Positions 1-5,897 of a stretch of 64,000 nucleotides of DNA are shown here, piece after piece. The stretch comes from Bacteroidota bacterium (GTDB lineage Bacteria > Bacteroidota > Bacteroidia > Chitinophagales > JADIYW01). Under the pieces are notes generated by a model. It did not search any database, had not been told where the DNA came from, and was given only the letters and a program-made list of their open reading frames with translations. Numbering within the stretch: the stretch's first letter is position 1; the number at the start of each line of letters is the position of its first letter. The stretch spans positions 162,737 to 226,736 of the forward strand of contig CAUJCO010000007.1 of the NCBI GenBank assembly GCA_963169645.1. The letters run 5' to 3'. The position numbers and the translations under genes are program-made.

Positions 1-1
1 T

Positions 2-187
2 AAAGATGGTAATTTACAATTAGACATTTACGATGTAAGCGGACGTATTTTAAAAACAAGCTACCAACCCGTAACCAAAGGAAACAACCAATTTGAAATT
101 GATATGGATGTACTTGCTAAAGCATCTTATTTGGTACGATTTATTTTTAACGACGAAGTAGTAACTAAAAAAATTATTAAATACTAA
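2..187 (+). CDS. 3' end of a secreted-protein gene: T9SS (Por) C-terminal sorting domain; the gene continues upstream of the window
   Basis: Frame is open from the window edge to TAA at 185-187. The translation KDGNLQLDIYDVSGRILKTSYQPVTKGNNQFEIDMDVLAKASYLVRFIFNDEVVTKKIIKY has the same CTD pattern as the C-termini of 3255-4733 and 15599-17374. Confidence 0.75.
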   Translation, partial: KDGNLQLDIYDVSGRILKTSYQPVTKGNNQFEIDMDVLAKASYLVRFIFNDEVVTKKIIKY

Positions 188-201
188 CTCAATTTATACG
201 A

Positions 202-936
202 ATGAAAAAATTTATACAATTATTGCTTATTTATTTTGCAATAAACATAGCACACGCACAAACAGGAAATGTAGGTGTTGGTACAGCTTTACCTGCTGAA
301 AAATTACAAGTAGCCGGAAATGTATTGGTAGACCAAACTGTAATAGCTACCAAAGGATTAATTTCCGGAAAAATTCAGCGAAAGTATGGTCTGGCAACAA
401 CTGTAGATAATGCCTTCCATACGGTTGAATTAGATGCAGGTTACGGTGCTACAGCTATCTCTGTTTATTCAAACGCATCTTTTGATGGTGATATAAAAAT
501 AATAGGTACTGATATTTCACCACTCTTATCTACTACTTCTGCTTGGTATTATACGGATGCTGCAAACACTTGGACATCTAAAACTGCAGCTACTGTTAAA
601 GGTCAGTCATTTCCAAATGAAGGACGAGATAATTGTTCGCAAAGAGTTTATTGCCCGGATGGATATATTGCAACCGGATGGGAAGCACATGTTAATGCCG
701 CTGGTTATTTAGAAGATCGGTTACATATTAAATGTACTCAATTAGCCTCGGGATATACAACTGTAGAAACAAATGAAGGTGTGGAAAGTATCTTAAGCTT
801 CCCCGGTGCAGATGTTGACAATATGACGCATGTGGGTTCTTGTCCTACGGGAACATTTATAAAAGGAATCTCTATTTATACAGGGACTTACTATGCAGGA
901 CCATTACAAGTAAACTGTACAGGCATTAAAAGATAG
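202..936 (+). CDS. Secreted QTGNVGIGT-family protein (short form) with a C-terminal double CPxG...C module
   Basis: Signal peptide ends IAHA|QTGNVGVGT. The C-terminal ~200 aa are paralogous to 978-1760 and to the C-terminus of 17382-18740. It starts 15 nt after the upstream T9SS-CTD gene. Confidence 0.85.
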   Translation: MKKFIQLLLIYFAINIAHAQTGNVGVGTALPAEKLQVAGNVLVDQTVIATKGLISGKIQRKYGLATTVDNAFHTVELDAGYGATAISVYSNASFDGDIKIIGTDISPLLSTTSAWYYTDAANTWTSKTAATVKGQSFPNEGRDNCSQRVYCPDGYIATGWEAHVNAAGYLEDRLHIKCTQLASGYTTVETNEGVESILSFPGADVDNMTHVGSCPTGTFIKGISIYTGTYYAGPLQVNCTGIKR

Positions 937-977
937 TAGTTTTATAAACCTAATCTAAAAATTCAAAAAATATTGAC

Positions 978-1760
978 ATGAAATACAAATTAACCATCAT
1001 GCTATTTATTGTATTTTACACTCATTTATTTGCTCAAACAGGGAATGTGGGCATTGGTACTTCTGTTACCAGCCCTTCAGAAAAATTACAAGTGGGTGGC
1101 AATATGTTAATTGACAATAATATTATTGCCAATAAAGGATTAATTACAGGTAAAATAGAAACTGCCTCAGTAACCACCCGAACAAACGCAAATGGACATT
1201 ATTGGACTTCTGTTGTTTTAAGCAATGGATATGGTGCAAACGCTGTAAGTGCATATAAACAAAGTGGAGGTGTTGGTGGTTTTGTTGGTTATGATGGAAC
1301 ACGTCCACCAATGAAAATTTCAGGAATTGATATTTCCAGTCTATTATCCACCACACATACTTGGTATAGAACTAGTAGTACAACAGCTTGGAATAGCACT
1401 TCATCTGCACAATATCAAGCATCTGGAACAAGAATCAGTAATTCATCTAATATGGTTTACTGTCCAGATGGATCTATCGTTACAGGTTGGGAAGCTACTG
1501 TGGGATCATCACCAAGTGCTACTTGGATTGATGGTTATTTACATGTTCGCTGTACACAATTAGCATCGGGATATACAACTGTAGAAGCAAATGAAGGTGT
1601 AGAGAGTATATTATCTGCTCCAGATAAGGCTACAGATAATCTCACGCACCTAGCCGCCTGTCCAAATGGTACATTTATTAAAGGAATATCTACTTATAGA
1701 AATGGTGCTTATATAAACAATAATTTAAGAGTAAATTGTACCGGTATCAAAAAACAATAA
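978..1760 (+). CDS. Secreted QTGNVGIGT-family protein (short form), tandem paralog of 202-936
   Basis: Signal peptide HLFA|QTGNVGIGT. It shares the blocks KLQVGGNMLID, KGLITGKIE, VYCPDGSIVTGWE, RCTQLASGYTTVEANEGVESILS, CPNGTFIKGIS and VNCTGIK with 202-936. Confidence 0.85.
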   Translation: MKYKLTIMLFIVFYTHLFAQTGNVGIGTSVTSPSEKLQVGGNMLIDNNIIANKGLITGKIETASVTTRTNANGHYWTSVVLSNGYGANAVSAYKQSGGVGGFVGYDGTRPPMKISGIDISSLLSTTHTWYRTSSTTAWNSTSSAQYQASGTRISNSSNMVYCPDGSIVTGWEATVGSSPSATWIDGYLHVRCTQLASGYTTVEANEGVESILSAPDKATDNLTHLAACPNGTFIKGISTYRNGAYINNNLRVNCTGIKKQ

Positions 1761-1782
1761 CATTGTATCCATCGTATAAAAA

Positions 1783-1814
1783 AATGGCAGGTGTTTTCAT
1801 CTGCCATTTTTTTT
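1783..1814 (+). terminator. Rho-independent terminator after the tandem family genes
   Basis: Stem aatggcag (1783-1790) pairs with ctgccatt (1801-1808) around a 10-nt loop. A T-run follows to 1814. Confidence 0.7.
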
Positions 1815-1919
1815 GTAAAAATCATACTATTATCTTATAATTTGAGTTAAGAAAATTGCTATTTAAATGGTAATCTCAATGCAGATTAATGGGATTCCCT
1901 TTTTCAAGGGAATGACAGT

Positions 1920-1957
1920 GTAGGTGTTGGTCAGATGACTTACAGTCATCCGACCAA
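1920..1957 (+). repeat. REP-like element: GTAG head plus imperfect 14-bp-stem hairpin
   Basis: GTAGGTG, then TTGGTCAGATGACT-TAC-AGTCATCCGACCAA. There is one A/C mismatch in the stem. Confidence 0.8.
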
Positions 1958-2045
1958 TCTTCAAAAAAACTTTGTAGGCTTTGTGTATGTCTTTGTGGGC
2001 TTTGCGGTTAAAAAAGGAGATTCCCTTTCTCAAGGGAATGACAGT

Positions 2046-2083
2046 GTAAGTGTTGGTCAGATGACTTACAGTCATCCGACCAA
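2046..2083 (+). repeat. REP-like hairpin copy 2 (head variant GTAA)
   Basis: Same 14-bp stem and TAC loop as copy 1. Confidence 0.8.
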
Positions 2084-2143
2084 TCTTCAAAAAAACTTTG
2101 TAGGCTTTGTGTATGTCTTTGTGCGCTTTGCGGTTAATATTTT

Positions 2144-2177
2144 GAGTAGTGAGTAGTGAGTAGTGAGTAGTGAGTAG
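2144..2177. repeat. Heptamer microsatellite (GAGTAGT), about 5 copies
   Basis: Direct reading: gagtagtgagtagtgagtagtgagtagtgagtag. Confidence 0.9.
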
Positions 2178-2180
2178 CGT

Positions 2181-2244
2181 GTCATTCCCATGTAAATGGG
2201 AATCTCACGAACACAAATGGGATTCCCTCTTTCGAGGGAATGAC
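2181..2244. repeat. 64-bp double-hairpin element with GTCATTCCC/GGGAATGAC termini (MITE-like)
   Basis: GTCATTCCC-atgtaaat-GGGAATC...GGATTCCC-tctttcga-GGGAATGAC. Near-identical elements lie at 13374-13437 and 13533-13597. Confidence 0.8.
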
Positions 2245-2329
2245 ATTAAAAAACATTGTGGGCTTTGTGTATGTCTTTGTGCACTTTGCGGTTAAAAAAG
2301 GAGATTCCCTTTTTCAAGGAAATGACAGT

Positions 2330-2367
2330 GTAGGTGTTGGTCAGATGACTTACAGTCATCCGACCAA
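2330..2367 (+). repeat. REP-like hairpin copy 3
   Basis: GTAGGTGTTGGTCAGATGACTTACAGTCATCCGACCAA. Confidence 0.8.
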
Positions 2368-2458
2368 TCTTCAAAAAAACTTTGTGTGCTTTGTGTATGT
2401 CTTTGTGCACTTTGCGGTTAAAAAAGGAGATTCCATTTTTCAAGGGAATGACATTGCA

Positions 2459-2570
2459 ACATTATTTCATTACTATATTACTTCATTATTTCATTACTTC
2501 ATTACTTCATTATTTCATTATTTCATTACTTCATTATTTCATTACTTCATTATTTCATTATTTCATTATC
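2459..2570. repeat. Octamer tandem array (TTCATTAY), about 13 copies
   Basis: Direct reading: ttcattat/ttcattac alternate. The array produces the spurious ITSLFHYF-type ORFs. Confidence 0.9.
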
Positions 2571-2606
2571 TTACTTTTGAAGCCAAAAGTAACAAAAGCT
2601 TTTTTT
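2571..2606 (+). repeat. Conserved hairpin plus T-run that closes the octamer array
   Basis: ttacttttg-aagc-caaaagtaa, then caaaagcttttttt. The same module follows the array at 13309-13345. Confidence 0.7.
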
Positions 2607-2831
2607 GAACTACAAGGCAATTTGATGTTTCGTTCCTCACATCAACCGCTTCTAAAATCAACGCAAATGCGTATTGCCTTCCCTTCGTTGATTTTAAAGC
2701 TATTGCTGTGTATTTCAAAAAATCGAACTCTTCTGCGGCATTTTTTTTATATTTAAGTAGTGAGTAGTAGGTATTGAGAGATGATATTTTTTTGTAATAG
2801 ATGAGATTTTCTACTTTTATGGAATGACAGC

Positions 2832-2869
2832 GTAGGTGTTGGTCAGATGACTTACAGTCATCCGACCAA
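2832..2869 (+). repeat. REP-like hairpin copy 4
   Basis: GTAGGTGTTGGTCAGATGACTTACAGTCATCCGACCAA. Confidence 0.8.
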
Positions 2870-2956
2870 TTTTCAAAAAAACTTTGTAGGCTTTGTGTAT
2901 GTCTTTGTGGGTTTTGCGAAAAAAAAGGAGATTCCATTTTTCAAGGGAATGACAGC

Positions 2957-2994
2957 GTAGGTGTTGGTCAGATGACTTACAGTCATCCGACCAA
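2957..2994 (+). repeat. REP-like hairpin copy 5
   Basis: GTAGGTGTTGGTCAGATGACTTACAGTCATCCGACCAA. Confidence 0.8.
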
Positions 2995-3080
2995 TCTTCA
3001 AAAAAACTTTGTGCACTTTGCGTAAAGTCTTTGTGCACTTTGCGGTTAAAAAAGAAGATTCCCTTTTTCAAGGGAATGAC

Positions 3081-3247
3081 AGTAATATATTATTTCATTA
3101 CTACATTACTACATTATTTCATTATTTCATTATTTCATTATTTCATTACTTCATTACTTCATTATTTCATTATTTCATTACTTCATTATTTCATTACTTC
3201 ATTACTTCATTATTTCATTACTACATTATTTCATTACTACATTATCT
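3081..3247. repeat. Octamer tandem array (TTCATTAY with CTACATTA variants), about 20 copies
   Basis: Direct reading. The array runs up to the stop codon of the convergent protease gene. Confidence 0.9.
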
Positions 3248-3254
3248 TCAAAGA

Positions 3255-4733
3255 CTATTGTTTTATCATTTTACCAAAAGAGGTAAAGTCTTCATTGTAG
3301 ATTTTAATAAAATAAACACCACTTGAAAATGTGCTTGAATTGATTTCAACTATTGAAGCTTGTTTGGTAATAGTTTGTTGTAAGATATTTTTTCCGTTTA
3401 TATCATAAACACTCAGTTGTGCATCTTTAGCAAACGGTTGATTTATTTGTATCGCAAAATTGGCTTTAGTTGGATTAGGATATACTTGAATTCCTTTTTC
3501 ATCTAAGGTTGAGTAGTGAATAAACGTTGTAGTATTTTCTTCTACTTCTCTTTTAGATACAATTCCGCTTCTTCTAGTCAGCAAATTATAACGCATTAAA
3601 TTAACTTGTTGCTTAGTGAATAAATTATAACATTGATCGGTAGAGTAATCCATATAGTTTTCAAACATATCCGGCCAATCTCTACCTAAATAATTTTTGG
3701 TGCAGGTATTGATAGTCGTATCACAAGGATTGGTTGTACCTCTAACTAAGTTATTGGCAAAAGCTTGTTCTTCTTCCGGCGTATCATCAATAAAATCATC
3801 TATTTCACAACCATTGTCAAAACCTGGAATAGGTAATACATTTCCCCAAGCGTGTTGTAATCCTAAATAATGTCCCACTTCGTGTACAGTAGTTCTGCCT
3901 TTTGTATAAAAATCTCTGAACCGTTGTGAAGTAGAATCTTGTGCATACCAATTATTTTGGCCAAAGAATCTGAAATCGATTACAACACCATCATTTTTAC
4001 CATGATCTAATGCAAGTGGTCCCCAATTTATTGCATTGGATGGTGGATAAGCGTAACCACCTAAAGCACCGCACGTATCGCATAAGGTTAAACAGCTATT
4101 GCATTTGCGATTACCATAATTCAAATCACACACGTAAATATTTAAATATTTACTGGCAGGCCAAGGCGATTTTCCTTTAGAGCCTGTTAATAAAAAGAAA
4201 TCTTCTTTTAAAGGTTCCACACCCAAAGCCGTCCACAGTACATTGCTAATTGGATCCCAACCGCCAAGGCTACCTAAGCTTCCATTTGTTCTCGTAATTC
4301 CGGTAGTGGCAGCACCATTCGGTGCTTTTTTTGCCAACTCAAATCGGATTTTTGCATTACCTCTAAATGGAATAAAAAATGGTCTTATATTTATACTATC
4401 CGGATTTAATAAATTAAAATCTCGGTTTAGTGCATCTATCTGCGATTGTATCACATTATCCGGCACATTCTCGTATTTATTATTATTTAGATATACAACA
4501 TGAACCACTACTTGTATAGTGTAAGTAGTGTCTGTATTAGCAAGTGTCGTGTCGTATGCAACATTATTTTCTATTCCATTTCCAATACCAATTCGATAAG
4601 CGTCAGAAATATGCGTATTGTTTTGGAATGCTTGTGCGTTGATGAGATCCATAGCGCAACGATTCACGAATTCTTGTGCGGTAACACGCAAAAATATCCA
4701 ACTAAATAATAAAAATAAAATACGCTTTTTCAT
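3255..4733 (-). CDS. Secreted zinc metalloprotease, M43 (pappalysin/cytophagalysin-like), with T9SS C-terminal sorting domain
   Basis: Signal peptide RVTA|Q. Extended zinc motif HEVGHYLGLQH (HExxHxxGxxH). C-terminal VYPNPTKANFAIQ...SVYDINGKNIL...GVYFIKIYN. Confidence 0.85.
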   Translation of the reverse strand: MKKRILFLLFSWIFLRVTAQEFVNRCAMDLINAQAFQNNTHISDAYRIGIGNGIENNVAYDTTLANTDTTYTIQVVVHVVYLNNNKYENVPDNVIQSQIDALNRDFNLLNPDSINIRPFFIPFRGNAKIRFELAKKAPNGAATTGITRTNGSLGSLGGWDPISNVLWTALGVEPLKEDFFLLTGSKGKSPWPASKYLNIYVCDLNYGNRKCNSCLTLCDTCGALGGYAYPPSNAINWGPLALDHGKNDGVVIDFRFFGQNNWYAQDSTSQRFRDFYTKGRTTVHEVGHYLGLQHAWGNVLPIPGFDNGCEIDDFIDDTPEEEQAFANNLVRGTTNPCDTTINTCTKNYLGRDWPDMFENYMDYSTDQCYNLFTKQQVNLMRYNLLTRRSGIVSKREVEENTTTFIHYSTLDEKGIQVYPNPTKANFAIQINQPFAKDAQLSVYDINGKNILQQTITKQASIVEINSSTFSSGVYFIKIYNEDFTSFGKMIKQ

Positions 4734-4746
4734 ACAGTGCTTTTAC

Positions 4747-4754
4747 CAAAAATA
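4747..4754 (-). promoter_or_regulatory. Bacteroidota -7 box (TAnnTTTG) for the protease gene
   Basis: The minus strand reads TATTTTTG, 13 nt upstream of the ATG at 4733. Confidence 0.45.
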
Positions 4755-4826
4755 ACCAATCTTTTTGGGAATATTATTTAGATGATAAAATTTGTTTATC
4801 TTGTTTACGATAATTTCATAATACAT

Positions 4827-5627
4827 ATGATTTCAACCATAATAAAAGATAAACCCACCAAGCTGTTCATTTTATTAGCCGGATTTTTTATAGCCAATGC
4901 ATTTATTGCAGAAGTAATCGGCGTGAAAATTTTTTCGTTGGAAGATACCATCGGAATTACTCCATTTCAAATTCCATTATTCGGTACTATATTTTCGTTT
5001 AACTTAACTGCAGGTGTCTTGTTGTGGCCGGTCGTATTTATCATGACAGATACGATTAATGAATATTATGGAAAAAAAGGCGTTCAATTTTTATCTTATC
5101 TTACCGTCGGTTTGTTGGCGTATGCATTTTTCATGTATTATTTCGCCATTCAATTAGTTCCGGCAAGCTGGTGGTCTGGCTCAAAAGTGGAACAAGGTGT
5201 TCCAAACATGCAAACGGCTTACGAACAAATTTTTGGACAAGGTATTGCAATTATAGCCGGTTCGTTAATAGCCTTTTTGGTAGGTCAAATTGTGGATGTT
5301 TACATCTTCCAAAAAATAAAAAAATGGAGTGGTGAAAAGTACATTTGGTTGCGTGCAACAGGCTCCACCATCGTATCGCAATTCATAGATAGTTTTGTGG
5401 TGTTAATGATAGCTTTTTACATTTATCCAAAATACATCAGTGATGCTAATGGAAAAGCATGGCCATTTGCAATGGTAATGGCTATCTGCATAGGTAATTA
5501 TATTTATAAATTTATTATTGCTGTTGTACTAACACCTATTATCTATCTTATTCACAATTGGATAGAACGATATTTAGGCCACGATTTAGCTGCACAAATG
5601 AAACAAGCTGCATTAGAAAAACATTAA
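4827..5627 (+). CDS. yhhQ: Queuosine-precursor transporter, YhhQ/DUF165 (VUT) family
   Basis: Multi-pass membrane protein with WPVVFIMTDTINEYYGKKG, GQIVDVYIFQKIK and RATGSTIVSQFIDSFVV blocks. The ORF opens at 4782, but the ATG at 4827 (MISTIIKDK) is the more plausible start. Confidence 0.7.
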   Translation: MISTIIKDKPTKLFILLAGFFIANAFIAEVIGVKIFSLEDTIGITPFQIPLFGTIFSFNLTAGVLLWPVVFIMTDTINEYYGKKGVQFLSYLTVGLLAYAFFMYYFAIQLVPASWWSGSKVEQGVPNMQTAYEQIFGQGIAIIAGSLIAFLVGQIVDVYIFQKIKKWSGEKYIWLRATGSTIVSQFIDSFVVLMIAFYIYPKYISDANGKAWPFAMVMAICIGNYIYKFIIAVVLTPIIYLIHNWIERYLGHDLAAQMKQAALEKH

Positions 5628-5682
5628 AAACAACAACTTTAATTTCATATTGGAAATTACAAATTAGTTGTAATATTGTAGT

Positions 5683-5858
5683 GCAAATTGGTTTTCGGTT
5701 TCATATCCGAGATTAAAAGGGAAACAAGTGAAAGTCTTGTACAATCCCAGTTGCTGTAAGCACACCACCATAGTGGTACTGAAGGCTACAACCACTGATT
5801 TGATACATCAAATCGGGAAGGTTTCAGTTAAGTGTAAGTCAGAAGACCTGCCAATTTC
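5683..5858 (+). promoter_or_regulatory. Cobalamin (B12) riboswitch
   Basis: Conserved core AAAAGGGAAacaaGTGAAAgTC...CCCagtTGCTGTAAG, CCACTG...GGGAAGG, and B12 box AGTCAGAAGACCTGCC at 5837-5852. P1 pairs aaattgg (5685-5691) with ccaattt (5851-5857). A near-consensus -7 box TAATATTG lies at 5671-5678. Confidence 0.85.
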
Positions 5859-5897
5859 ATTGAACTAAAAAATGTTCTGAGGAAACATTGGAAGTAT

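Larger units (their letters stand above)
1891..3250. repeat. Composite non-coding repeat field (~1.36 kb): tandem ~125-bp units, hairpins, heptamer and octamer arrays
   Basis: gattccc...gggaatgac hairpins recur near 1892, 2019, 2221, 2304, 2429, 2929 and 3057. The ggtcagatgactta hairpin core starts at 1929, 2055, 2339, 2841 and 2966, with a 125-126 bp period within the arrays. All ORFs here are repeat translations. Confidence 0.9.

Noticed and set aside
271-282. The 12-nt GTAGGTGTTGGT encoding VGVG in QTGNVGVGT of gene 202-936 is identical to the head of the REP-like hairpin (GTAGGTGTTGGTCAG). This hints that the repeats derive from family gene 5' ends.
   Set aside because: Only 12 nt match, and only in one of the five genes; the others use different codons. 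Without a genome-wide background I cannot distinguish this from chance.
2700-2750. tRNA-like T-loop: the minus strand reads GAGTTCGATTTT.
   Set aside because: No flanking T-stem complementarity, no acceptor stem and no anticodon arm could be built.
1891-3075. Possible CRISPR array, suggested by regularly spaced hairpin repeats.
   Set aside because: The sequences between the hairpins are themselves repeated (the ~125-bp unit repeats as a whole), so there are no unique spacers. No cas genes are in the window.
1863-3326. Track ORFs inside the repeat field: 1863-2090, 1935-2156, 2240-2608, 2246-2443, 2382-2756, 2566-2937, 2817-3071, 3009-3326 and 3031-3300.
   Set aside because: They are translations of tandem repeats, giving FNRKVHKDIHKA..., GQMTYSHPTNLQKNF... 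and ITSLFHYF... strings. They overlap each other in several frames and on both strands, and they have no signal of real coding. I treat them as artefacts.
4734-4826. preQ1 riboswitch upstream of the yhhQ-like transporter.
   Set aside because: None of the preQ1-I/II/III core sequence could be found in the ~90-nt leader.
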